Shown in pieces: positions 1 to 13,500 of a stretch of 64,000 nt of DNA. Positions within the stretch are counted from its first letter, which is position 1. Each line of letters begins with the position of its first letter. This stretch comes from Ophelia neglecta (lineage: Eukaryota), in assembly GCA_965285935.1 (NCBI GenBank), contig OZ260664.1, forward strand, positions 86,800,001 through 86,864,000, read 5' to 3'. The translations under genes and the position numbers were made by a program. The notes below the pieces were generated by a model that searched no databases, was not told the origin of the DNA, and saw only the letters and a list, made by a program, of their open reading frames with translations.

Positions 1-977
1 ACGTAGGATGGGAAGAAAAAATGTGACAAAGGCTCCTGAGCTAAAATCACTCCCACCATCTAAAGAGGCGTTCGAAGAGAACGTAAAGCGGACCAGACTA
101 CCATTTGGGAATCAGCTCTCAAATCGGACCCTCCTGCTTTAGATCCTGTTGAGTTCGGATGGGAGCGTGATGAGCATGCTAAATGCTTGAACCCTGTAAC
201 ATTGCAACCAAATATGCGTTTTGCTCCACCGGAGGTGCTGGAAATGATAAGATGTGGTTGTGCTATAGATACACTCTATTCAACAGCAATGTGTGGATGC
301 TGTATAGCTCATTTGTCATGTACAATATTTTGTGGATGTCATGGAGAATCACACTGCCAAAATGAGCACACCCGACGGCTTGATAACGGTGACAATGTTG
401 TTGAAATTGATATGTTTGAGAACATTGGAGTCCAACCAGTAACAGCAACATGCATCAGCATACGGATAATAGTTGTAGAGATAATGACAAAAATGGGATT
501 TTCTGTATATGCCTATCCAGCACAAATAAATTTATTGGTAAGTCCTGTACTGAAATGGTTTCATCTGATTCTTTATCCCTCAAAACATGGTGATAGACAC
601 CAAACTTAATGGATACCATGTTAAGTTACTGAGATATGGACGAAAATAACATTTTCCGCAATGGCGGCCTTAATTTGCATATTCAGCACAAAATATTGGT
701 CTGATCTTTACTGAAATGGTTTCATCTGATTTTTTATCCCTCAAAACCTGGTGGTAGACACCAAAATTACTTGGATACCATGCATAGGTACTGAAATATT
801 GACGAAAATAACATTTTCGGCAATGGCGGCCTCAATTTGCATATTTTGCGAATTGCCCAAGGGAGACAGAGTGGCATCATCTGGATTCTTAAAGAGAACA
901 CCTCAGAGTAATAGAAACAGCAAAAAGAACTTTGTACGGACTGCAATGCATGCTTACCCGTCCCTGCCACCAGACTA
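1..977 (+). mobile_element. 3' end of an Academ-like DNA transposon (degenerate transposase C-terminus with Cys-rich zinc finger)
   Basis: + strand reads LKSLPPSKEAFEENVKR..W..DPVEFGW..APPEVLEMIRCGC..CGCC..LSCTIFCGC..CQN with frameshifts, the C-terminal pattern I associate with Academ proteins. Ends in CCAGACTA (977), i.e. a 5'-TAG terminus. About 165-bp subterminal duplication (about 545-680 vs 710-850). Confidence 0.7.
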
Positions 978-1435
978 TTAGGGGACCACAACCTAAAACC
1001 ATACTTAGGCAGACCAGCCTTTGATGGTGATATTCGACCCCACCGCGGGTGAAATATATAAATATTTTTAATATTCCTTTTCCCCCCACTGTTTAAACAC
1101 TAATATGACAAGTATAATTAAGGAACTTTCTCTTAACTGTTGTATACTAAACATTTTGCACGCATAATCTTAAATTAGCCATTTTGTTTTTGGACGGCAT
1201 AAGTATGGGTCTATATATATGAAGAATATACGTACCAACTACATGACGACATTTCCGTTGTGCATAAAATAGATTTAAAAGTACTTCTATGCTCGAATAG
1301 TTCATTGAGGTATTCGAATGTATATTATGATTGTATGTGAAGTGCTTTGAGAATGTTAAAACAGACAACCAGGTCGAAAAAAGTGTTTAAAATTTAAGCA
1401 GACCGCAAATCGGTCTACTTAAACTACTGGTCCAC

Positions 1436-1441
1436 TTAAGT
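1436..1441 (-). CDS. Gene 1 putative last coding exon (Thr-stop)
   Basis: Strong acceptor TATTTTTACAG followed by ACT TAA, phase-0 compatible with the preceding exon. Confidence 0.5.
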   Translation of the reverse strand, partial: T

Positions 1442-1479
1442 CTGTAAAAATAATATATTTGGTCTACCTTAGTCTGATG

Positions 1480-1545
<66 letters not shown>

Positions 1546-4500
1546 AAGGTACCTAGATGGATATTCAATAATCTACATTTCCCTTGCACACACCGAGCGC
1601 TCAATATTTGAACGAAAAACCACAAGGTTGGGAAAAATTACACTCGAAAACCAATCTTCGTAGGCAGACTGAATGCTGCAGAAAAAAATAATTACAACAC
1701 GATTTAATAACAAAGATGAGTTGACTGACATACCACGTTCACTGGCGACGTGTTCTCATACAACCGATGGTTGGTGTTGTCTTCCATGCGAAGGTCATTT
1801 ATGTTGTCGTATGTGTTGATCTCATCTGCTGGCGACTCTATTAAAGCGAACACACATGATGTACCACTGAAGCAAATTGCCGTTATTTGACGGAATAAAA
1901 TCGAAATTGATAAACAGGCATCTACAAAGAGATACAAATTTTCTAAATGACACCGCGGATCTAAATACATTTTTAAAATCATTAAAGAAAGAATGCATTT
2001 TAAAACATATCATCTCCAATAGAAAAGAGTTGAAGTTTTGCATTGTCTTGCTTCTAAAAGCCAAACCACAGGATCGCAACATTACTGGGTTTGAAAAATA
2101 GTTCCATTTTTATTCGTCAGTTTCACAAAGCTCCTTTATTTATAAACGGTGTGCAAGTATTTTTTACTCAGTTGAAATTCGCGAAAATGCCAACATATAT
2201 CGCCATCACCGTGCAGCCATTATGTGAATGACGTAGACAGCGTGTGACGTAGGTCGTCCTGTACTAGGCCGGCAGCGTTATTATAAGCTACACATTAACA
2301 AAGACAAAGCTCCGGGCACATATATATATCAATACAGTCAAAGCAACGGCATTTTGTCTCACTAGTTGAACAGAGCAGCCCATAACTCAGATTAAACTAC
2401 GTCGGAATCATTTATTCATTTTCCATCGGCTACCGGCGTACCAGCTATCATCCGCAACTAAGTCATCTCCTTGGTCTGCAAACCTTTTTTGATGCCTACT
2501 CTTCCTCCTGCCTACTTAAAAATTGTATCCACTTCTCAAACAATTTTATTTAGAGCTAACTAAAAGGTCTATACCAGAGACAATGCATCCACAGAAAAAA
2601 AGACTGAGAAATTATTGACTTAAACTTACTTGCTTTATAGTAATGATTGTCTTGGCTAGTATAGTGGCCGCCATTTAATGCGGCACTTCACATGAAACTG
2701 AACATACAATTGTTTCCGACTCGACTACCTGACTATTTAAATGTGCGTTTGTTATATATTTCGCAGAACCGCAGCCATTTGCCGGCTACTTCACGTAGCG
2801 CGTGCAAGCCCGAAACGCCGATAACTGACACTGGTCAGACATTGATATTACAAGGTTCGAGGAAAAAGTAATCACAGTGAAGGGATATGTGCGAATGTGC
2901 CCTCTTTAGCAATCACACGTTGGCGGACGTCGAACGTCACTGGTTCATTCAAGTTCCGAGCGAGGACAGGCTCAGCGTGCTATTATTATTATTATTATTA
3001 TGTACAATTTATTTTACGCTTATTCCATAGTATGCTCATGAGCGCATTACAATAAAATTTGGTATGACTAGAGAATAACAATAAATTAAATAGGAACTAG
3101 GCTGATACTAAGAAGATAATGATAAAATAAGGATTTAAAAGAAATGATTAAAAGTGTCCAAATATTATACTAAATCAATCGTAGGCAATAGTAAAAAAGT
3201 TTTGTATGGCAAATAGGAACATCGAGGAGCAACTTATCGGATGATCTAAGACAACGACTTGGTCTATATGGCTGGATCAGATCACGCAGGTATGCTGGAG
3301 CTGTACCAGCGAGACATTTATGCACAAGAAGGCACACCTTGTACTGAACCCGGAACTGAACCGGAAGCCAATGGAGCTGTTAGAGGATTGGAGTGATGTT
3401 CTCTCTTCTTCCAACCTGCATCACAACTCTTGCTGCAGCATTTTGAATTCGCTAAAGCCGATCGGTTTTTGACTGGGGCAGCCCTAGAAGAAGGGAGTTC
3501 AGATTGTCAACATGTGAGGTGCCGAAAGAATGAATTAGGCTCTCAGTTGCACATATTTCCGAATTTTGGAGGTTTTATGCAGGTGGAGATACGCCGACCG
3601 CCAAATGTTTGTAATGTGCTGCTCAAAGGACATGGTTGGGTCAAAGTAGGCTCCAAGATTTCTGACCCCCTCAGCTGGTTTAACTGAGGCACCAACAACA
3701 CACAACAGTATGTCACTGAGGTCACCTTGAGCCTTGAGATACCTAGGTCTGAGGACTACGAATTCCATATTATCAGGATTCATTTTCAAAAGTTATCTCG
3801 CATCCATCTATTGATATACACTATGCACCTTTCAAGTCTGGACACATTCACCCAGATTTCATCCTGGGACTTTGGGTCAAACGAAACATACGATTGGGTA
3901 TCATCCGCATAAAGGTGATATGAAAGTCCATGTGTTCTAATGATGTCACCAAGAGTCATTGTATAAATCGTAAAAAGGATTGGGCCGAGAACTGATCCTT
4001 GGGGCACACAGCAGGTAAGTGATTTCACCCCATTTATAGAGACTGATTGTTCGCGAGGAGACAGATACGAACTAAACCATTCCAATGCAGTGCCTGACAC
4101 TCCAATCTGATTTGACAAGCGATACAGCAACAACCTGTGATCAACAGTGTCAAAAGCAGCAGACAGATCCAAAAGGCCCTGCCTTTGTCCAGTGACACCA
4201 AAATATCGTTTTGTACACGAAGCAGGGCAGTTTCAGTACCATGGTAACTTTTGTATGAAGACTGAAATACCTCACCGAGATCATGCTGTAGCATATGAGT
4301 TTGAAGACGATCTGCAACAACTCTTTTCACAATCTTGGAAATGAAGCTGAGGTTTGAAACTGGGCGATAATTTTTTAGGTCATCCTCCCATTGTCCAGCC
4401 TTCTTGATAAGTGGTTTTATCACTGTCTGTTTGAAATGATCTGGCATTACCCCACTTTCAAGTGAGTGATTGACATTTTTTGTAATCACAGGAATAAGTT

Positions 4501-7500
4501 CCTCACCACAATCTTTAAGAAGGGTTGTGGGTATGGGATCAAGTTCCCAGGAGGTGGACTTTGATGACTTAATCGTATTTCTAACTTCATCCTCGGAGGC
4601 AGGCCGGAAGGATGATATTTTCTCCCACTTTAAAGTAACTGGGGAGATTACTGTTGCTGGATCAGACTTCATTTTTGATCTGATTTTCAAAATTTTCTCC
4701 TCAAAATATTTTGAGAATCGATTTGCTAGACCAGCCGACGATTCATTGAGAGGAAGAGGGAGCTCGCCACATGGAGACAAAAGGATGTCAAATATTTTAG
4801 ACTATGTTCTGGGGTTTTTCACATTGTCATCGATTTTCTGTGTAAAATAGTCACTCTTTGCTTCACTGATCATTGTTCTAACCCTTTTATCTTGAGCCAC
4901 ATACATTTCACGATAGATGCAAGACCTGTATGACGTATCTTTCTCTCCCGATGTCTCCTTTGCCTACTAGCACTGGCAATCTCCTCTGTGTACCAAGGAG
5001 ATGTAGGATGCAGTGTTAATGTTTTGTCCCTCAGAGGGGCATGTTCCTCCAGGATGGATGCTAAGCTGTCAAAATATAAGTCAGCCATTGCATCTGAAGG
5101 CCCATTCAAAAGGGGACAATTCTCTATGTCCCTTCTGAAGTGGTCAAAGTTAATTGATTTAATTTTCCTGTAAGAAATCCGTTTCCTAATCCTACAAGGC
5201 CTACCAACATTCATGCGAAAATGGATGGCCATATGGTCCGATATGAGGGCATCAACAATCCTGGTCTCAACAACCAATGGATCTGTCGAAACACCAGGTC
5301 CAATACATTCCCCCTTGGAAGTTAAAATCACCTAATATAAGGATGTTCTCATTTGTGAGGGGCACTGTCGACAAAGTCAGAGAACTCCTGAAGGAAAGCA
5401 TTGACCGTAACTCCATTTTTTGCTGATGGAGGTGGGCGATATACAGTGTAAGTTCTGACTGCTTTCTTGCTACATTGAATCACTGCGTGGATATATTCAA
5501 ACGCACTGTACTGTGGGGAGTCAATAATAGATATTGACATATTCTGCTTGGAGAGAATTCCAACTCCACCATAGCCACCATCTCTGGAAACATGGTTAAG
5601 CACATAACCAGGAGGGTATATCGAGGCAATAACAGGGTCATCCTCGCCTGTTGGCCTTAGCCAGGTTTCCGTAATGCACATAATATCAACATCATTATCA
5701 ATTACATAATCATGGATTTTAATTGCCTTATTCCTGATAGATCTTGAATTGACAAGACACACATGAGCCTGCTTTTTGCTTTGGCTGGACTGGGGAAGAC
5801 TTTGGTAAGGAAGTCTCTCTATGTTCCTTAACACACATAACTTGGGTCTTATTGTAGGTGAATTGGCCTTGTCTTTAACTGACACGTTTGGTCTGGACTC
5901 AGGCCTAATGCCAATAACTGTGGCAATCTTGTGCCTGGTACCTCCTGTGGAACCATGCTGAGAAGGTGTGATAACACTGACACCTAACTGACGTATGGCT
6001 TTTAAAACACTCCAATCAAGTCTGGGCGCACTGGCTTTCACAATATCACCAATGTCCAGTAGTTGTTGTTTACAGTATTGGCACTGAGTAATTCTCACCT
6101 GGCCTTATATTAACACAGCCCTTGGAGAACACAATGGTTGTCCAAAGTGAACAGCTCACCAGAAGCAAAAAAACACAGCATACATGCCCTTTTACAACCT
6201 GAAACTTATTCAGGTCAAAACCAGTAAATTGCAAATTTCCGCTTCATAAAAACACACAAAGCAACAGAATCCTCACAGAAAGCATCTCCAGATGTTAACG
6301 GATACCTCTGTCGAAATCCACCCTGATCTGTTAAGTTAAACCAATCCAAAATGTGTAAATAGTCAGGGTCTGTGTCAGCTGCCACTGGCTCATGGCACTC
6401 CAAATTACAAGTTGCTAACATGGTTGCCACCTGAGGTGTGTCCAAGGCCATCTTTTAGCTAAAAAACACATTTGTCGCTAAAGCGGATGTTAAAATTCCA
6501 ATCTAATATGTTTGCAAAACAATTATACATATATTTAAGAGAATGGCTACAAGTTGTTTGGCTTTAAACACCTATGAAACTGATTTCTCACAAGAAAGTA
6601 GGAACCTTCGCGCCGCCTTATTTGCTCCATGGCGCCTCTCCCCCACCCTCTCTCCCTTTTTGTCACACAGTTGATATCCCCTCTCATCCGTCTTCAATGT
6701 ATTGAGTCGTCAATAGCATGACAGAAAAATCACAACATTCACCCCCTTTGGTACAACAATATTACAGGCTATACCTAATCGCCGATTGGTGAGCTTGTGA
6801 ATCTGGAGATTTAATACTTACCCCGCTTCGCCTTCCTGTGTCTCTTCGTAAAAAGTATTACCGTGACCACAGCGAGGGCAAAAATCAAAACACCAAACAC
6901 CCCTCCTACTATGGCTCCAGTATCTGTAAAAATCAGTTGTATATATAGCTGATTGAGTTTACTAGACCCGGTTGCTGGAAGCAGTCTCAAGTTATAAATA
7001 GTTTCGCCTCTAAATTAGCTAAGTCGCTTGTTAATCTGTGTTTCTGGAATCTACACATTGATCAGGATTAGGAGTTTAAACTGGCGTGCCAGTAATGAAA
7101 AATATGATATTTAACTGTCTTGATGTTTGGTTACGGGACACGGATGTGACAACCTCCTCTCCCACGCCACCCCCCCCCCCCCTGCCTCCTATCGGTTGAT
7201 GTTTCTTTTTGACTGACAGTGAGATCGAAAGTATGGCAGACTACAAATTCCCCCCTCCCCTCCACCTCGATAATTTCATTCCCATATGCGGGGACACCAT
7301 GGTATTTGTTTGTACACTCATTGATCGGTGGCTACCATACGAGGCTTATTTAAATCAGGGGAAGCCCTGGTGTGTCTGACATCCGGTGTTTCTGGCAACA
7401 CGAAAACAAACCACACATCACTCGAATCTCGTACAGCCCGCCTCATCCGGGGACTGCGTGATATTAAATCAAGAGTGATACCACAAGTGTCAAATTCGCA

Positions 7501-10500
7501 TAAATCGTACTATTTAATATTAGTGTGTACAGTTCAAATTAGTGAGCTTCCAATGATTTGAATATTGTAGTACTGACTTGATGATTGGTTATCAGGTACA
7601 GGAGCGACAACTCCCTCTCCCACTGCACTGCCCCCGGTCGATTTTCCTTCATCTCTCAGAGTAGGGTCCTCATAGGCACAAAGACTGAACACATTGGTGA
7701 CTGTCAGGTCAAACGTGTGATTTCTGTATACTACTCGGTCTTTAGGGTCCGTTCCATTGATGTCTCCATCTAGGTAAAACCATCCCGTTCCTCCACACAC
7801 AGCTGTAGATCTCCTCCTACGAGACTCCTGTGTCTGGTAAAACAGTCTGAGAATGTACGCCTCACCTTGAAGGTACTTCCATGTGATGTTTACGTATGAT
7901 CCAGTCAATTGAGTATCAATGATCGTCACGTTTGGAGTCACTATACGAAAGAAAATAGTAGAAAACGGGCCTGCTGTTAAGTTTAATAGACTGATATGGA
8001 TGCGTCAAATGTTTGTCATACTGCCTAATAATGAATATTATGGGTAACATATTATGTAAATAAAGTTCACTACACCTTTAGTTTGTTCTTGTACCGCCAA
8101 GTAAGACTGAAAGTTGTCCATATATGAATACTGGTTATATGCCAGAACTCTGAAGTTGTACTCTGTATCGGCATCCAAATTTTCAACTCGATATGGAACT
8201 ACTTTGGTGCCAGCAGGACAATTTTCACCAGACACAGTTTTGGGTTGATTAACATAGGTGTTGTCTGGTTCGTTGGCTAACTTCACGGACACGTTAAATG
8301 TCATCCCCGGGACCCCGTTATTACTACCACATGCCCACTGTAGTGTAGCACTGACAGATGTAGAAGCCACTACCACCAGGTCTCTGGGGGAGCCTGGGGG
8401 TCCTACAGGAATCAGCTCTAGCACAAAGGATGGAGAGTACGTGGTACTGTCTATCACATTAGAGGCTGTACATGTGTAGTTCCCAAACTGCTCTACAGTA
8501 AGATCAGTGATGACTAGCTTATTATCTATTTTTTCAACATTGCTATACAATGCGTTTGCAGGCAAGGTCCATTCATAAGTCCCCGGAGGTTCCTGACAAA
8601 CATCACAAGACAACGTTGCATTATTACCAACCTGCGATGCAACAACCTTATCTTGATGTCCGAGCCATAGGGCAGGATCTGAAAATAAGCATACATTAAT
8701 ACACAAATAATAAAGACAATGGACTGAAATGAATCGAACAAAATATTAAGATATCCCATCGAGGTACAGGCGTTCAGTTATTGCCATGATATCAGGCCAC
8801 AGCCTGTGTTTATTATTTATGACCGGTGAGGCTGGGGGGTGGGGGAGGGGAGCGTGTGAGGGGAGGGGGGCTGGAGGATTTTAAGCAAGTAAAGTACAAA
8901 TATCTCCGTTTACCCATGAAACAATTACACCCACCCCCACCCCTTTCCTCCACACTGCACGTACTCTTAAGTAGGCCGGCCATATGTAGAGATTCTGGGC
9001 ATGTCTGGATTTTCGCGCCCCCATCGGCAAATAATAGGCAGATATTTGCAGACAATTTTTGAACAGAAAAGTCAATAAAATATGTCAAGTTCTGCCATAC
9101 TATATACAAATATATATTAAACGGATTTTGGAGGAATATCTTCAACTAGCCGAAATCATTCCACCAAATTCTGTCAAACTGGAAGGTGGTGGATACTGAA
9201 AATCGCAATGTGTGTTAGCTTTACTGAACATAGGACCTCAAGTGTTTGACCTTCCGCATAGTTAAGTAAGTGAGCAGGAAATCATGCCGAAGTTTGTGGT
9301 AGTCGCGATAACCCAGAACAAATAATGCTCGCAAACATTACCTGGGATCTGCGGGTTTTTGATGGAAGGTTTCGAGCGGAAATGTTTTCCACACAAATTA
9401 TATACCTATTCCGCATAACTCAAAAGACAATTAATTATCCTTAAATATCCGCTAGGGATAATATACCGCAAGCAACAAGTCCTACTAAAGTCAAAAGAAA
9501 TATTTTTTGGCTTTTAACAAACCTCTAAAAGGTGGGAAAATACATCCACCAATTTCCAACATACACCCAAGTAATATAATTTGCGAATTGAGGAATATTT
9601 TCGCGAAACTTTTATATTTGTTGTAGATGTACCAGGTGCTGTTATTTTTAACAATTAGATGGACAAAACCTTTGATATAATATTACGGAAATGTAAAATC
9701 GTGGAAACATAAATACACGATTATGAAACGATATGCCCCGCCCCCTTCACCCCCTCCAGAATGTTGTGTATGCTCAGTGCGGGGTACACACAAATGATGA
9801 TTAATCTTCCAGTATATGCTTTCCTGACTGACGATTTAAACTATTCGTATTTATAATTTCTTAAAATGATCGATGATATCAACAACCATTTCGTAATAAG
9901 AAGCAATAATACTTGCATTGTGTTTTTAATGGGGTCCCCATGGATGTGTTACTTCTGGTACCGTCAGTGGCGTAACACGTGTATTGTCCGTCGTAGTCGT
10001 CCACATTATCACAGGTGACCTCCCTCTCTAAGTTCTCTAATCTGAGTGTACTGGTCCAGCCATGTGTCATACCATAAGGGAACCCACCGTCTGTTGTCTC
10101 TTGCCAGTCCACACTGTACCGACTGTCAGTAGATATATCATCGGTGTCTTTTAGCCAGTCTAACTGACTGCTCCGGAGGTCAGGTCTAGCCGTTAAGGTA
10201 CACGTGATTGTCACGTCAGAGGCGTTGTACATGAAATATAATGGGTCAGCAGAACTGGGCTTGGTGAAATAGGGCGCCACTGAAAATGTATTTTAACATT
10301 AAAAAATCAGAAGCAAAGTTACTACGAATTGATAAACATCGCCTGCTTTGAAAATGTGTTTACCGTTGAAATATGAAAAAGTTGCCTAATTCATACTGTT
10401 CATTGATGAAGTTGATCGCAAAATGCAACCTGTTAACTATCATGAATCACTCATTTATCAACACGCCGAATTATAATTTTGTTTTATCAATGACGGTCTC

Positions 10501-13500
10501 CAACCTTTTACGTCTAAACTTGTCTGCGGAGATGCTGACGACTGTTGTCTACCTACGTCAGGATAGTTGACCATGGAACATGAGTAGGCTCCGACCTGGT
10601 TGATATCTCCGATTACAAATGATCGGGATTTGGGGTTTGTTGTTGTAATATACGAGTCGTTAATAAGCCAGGTGGTTTCGTTTGATAAAGGATTGCCATC
10701 CTCAGAGACCTGGCAGTTCGAGGTAACCGTGTCACCAGCATAGACGTCCTTGTCAGGGTTAAATATCAGACTGGATGGGTTGCCAGGGGGATCTGTGAAA
10801 CACATTTTGATATAAGTACACTTTATGAGATATTAATTAACAATTAGTCATTACGTGAGAACAAACCCATTACGCATTAATCTCACATTGAACATTGAGG
10901 TCGACTGACTGGCTGATCACTCCTCCCCACCCGTTTTCTCCCTCACAAGTCAACACGCCCGAGGCTGCCTTCCTTTCTTCATCACTCGCCGTGTCCCAGT
11001 CTAGCTGACTTGAGGAGACGTACTCCTTGACGCGACCACTCCCCACCGCAGTTATGACAGTCATCGCCGATTTGAAGTATTGGCCGATGGATCCACTGTA
11101 CGTCCACTTTATACTGGGAGCAGGACGTCCTTGGAAGGTGCACTCTATGGACAAGTCCTTCGTAAAGAACACGTTCTTTGACCAGGGAAGCTGTGGATTG
11201 CCGTTCTGTGTTTGAACTGTTAAGATAAAAAATAATGTTTAATATATTTTTTTAATATCAGTTTACAAAATAATAGCTGAGCATTTCTTTAACCAAGCAA
11301 CGATTTGAATGAGAGAGGTCACTCGATTGTCTACTTGTTTCGTTAGTTTATATAACACAGCTTTAAAATACCCGCAACGGTCACGTTGAAAATGCCAGGC
11401 GCGCCTTGGCCCACGCTGTTAAATGGAGTGCAGCTGTAGATATCATCATCGTCCAGACTGTTCAGTAAGACCTGCAGAGTTCCTTGATTTACATCTAAGA
11501 CTCCGACTCCGTATTGTCGAGTCCATCTAAACTGCCCGGAGGGATTGCCCTGGCTAAAAGGAGCGTTATCAAAATCACACTGCAGTGCCACAGTTTCTCC
11601 TATTACATCGATGGGAGTTGTTGTTCCTATTGTTTGAGCCCCAGTTGGTTCATCTAGTTAAAATAAAGTTGAAAATCCAGTAATTCTCATAATTTCAGAC
11701 GGGGATGACAGCCTAGTTTGTAGTCATTACTTACTCTTTTAGATATAACACTGTGACTGTCCGTGTCATTTGGTAACTATAAACCATTCTACTAAATATA
11801 CTCACACGTGACAGTTAACATGACAGAAGTCGAGTTACTCCCATAACCATTAGCCACAGTACATGTAAGAACCGCCCCGTTTGCAGCCTTCCTATTGCCT
11901 CCTGAAGCTTTCCAAGACAGCGAGGAGGTCGTGCGAGTTATCAAGTCCCTTGTTCCCGTGGACACGGACACTGAGTTCTGATCAAACAACTCGTCGTAGG
12001 CCGAGTCCCAGGTCCAGGTGGCTGTACCTCCCGGCCGAGCCTCCCCGACACAGGCGAGGTCCAGGTCCTCAGTGTATTCCAAGGTTGTGGTCGGCCCCGG
12101 TATATCGGATAAAGGTAGGTAGGCGGGTACTGAAATTAAAACCAGATGATTCAGATTCAGCTCACGGCAGGACCCGAAACTACCGATTTCCCGATTCCTC
12201 GGCGCAAGCAATTTTGAGCGGGGCAGGTGAAACGAATCTACGCACTTTATTCAGCAAAATATATGTACAGTGTACCACACAGACTAATACCAGTAAAACC
12301 TAGCGGATGGTGAATGTATGCAGGGCTATATGGTTTCCGGCGTATCTATGTACTGATTCACCGGAGGGCATTCGCCCTGCACGTGTCTGTTTGGTCCATT
12401 GGATGCTCTCTGAAAAACTGTCCACTGAAGATATCGGGACAGATACGGTTAAAGAGAAATGATTGCTCAGAGCCTTATATTAACCGATATGTTGTGTCCT
12501 GTTGTCATCATCACCATTACATCAGCGTGTGAAGAGTGGAGTTAACCACCAGTTGTCAGACAGGCCGCGATAAGGACGAAATAACATGTACCGAATATTT
12601 TCAACGGTGCCATTAGAGTAAGGACACTTAGCCGCTATATGAATTTCTGAACAAAAAATAATGCCTTCGATCAGATGGAAGGTCTTGTTCATTACTGTGT
12701 GATTACTGAATAGCATCAGTGCTGCAGTAAACAGCGCGAAATACTTTTTAAGTGTATAATCAATGTGAGAACTTTTAGCAGACACAAAACTTTGTGAAAA
12801 TCAAGTTTGGCTCGCCCAGATGATATGCCGCGTCCCCATATGCCTATTTAATGCCGGTGTTTTGCTTAGATCTTCAGCCCTGCAGGACCTGCTACGATAT
12901 AGGATTGACACTATATAAAACAACAACCCTGTCTCACCTCTGACTGTAAGTGTGATCGTCGATCTCTGCGCTGCCCCGTGTATGTTCCAAGGCATACAGT
13001 AGTAGTCGTCATCCCAAGACACATCTGGTACCGGAAGGAGAACACTACCATCGTTGTTTAAGATTTCCCATGCTGGCGCATTCTGCCTGGTCCAGTTGAA
13101 CTTTGACTCTGGGTTTCCCTCGTTACCTCCGGCCATCAGACAAGTAAGTGTCGCCGTCTGGTGGACAAGTACTGGTGGCGACGTCTGAGGGGAAGCCACT
13201 CCTGGTTTATCTAACAGAAATTAATTTCTCACAGTGTGAATGATTCATGAGGTAACAACACATGCGAAAAACGCGCACTTTCAATACTTAAAACAGGATA
13301 TTAACTCCACCCATGAACTCTGTGATGACATTTGACGGGCATACTCTGTGTTAGGTAAATACTCAGTTGGCAGAATATAAGATGTTACAATAGATAAATT
13401 GTTTCGGATCAGTACCCATGTGTCCTGAAATTGGTTTTTCTGACATGCTCCGTTCAGCTTACTCTATTATTGTGTCTGTACTGTATGGGAATAGTATAGA

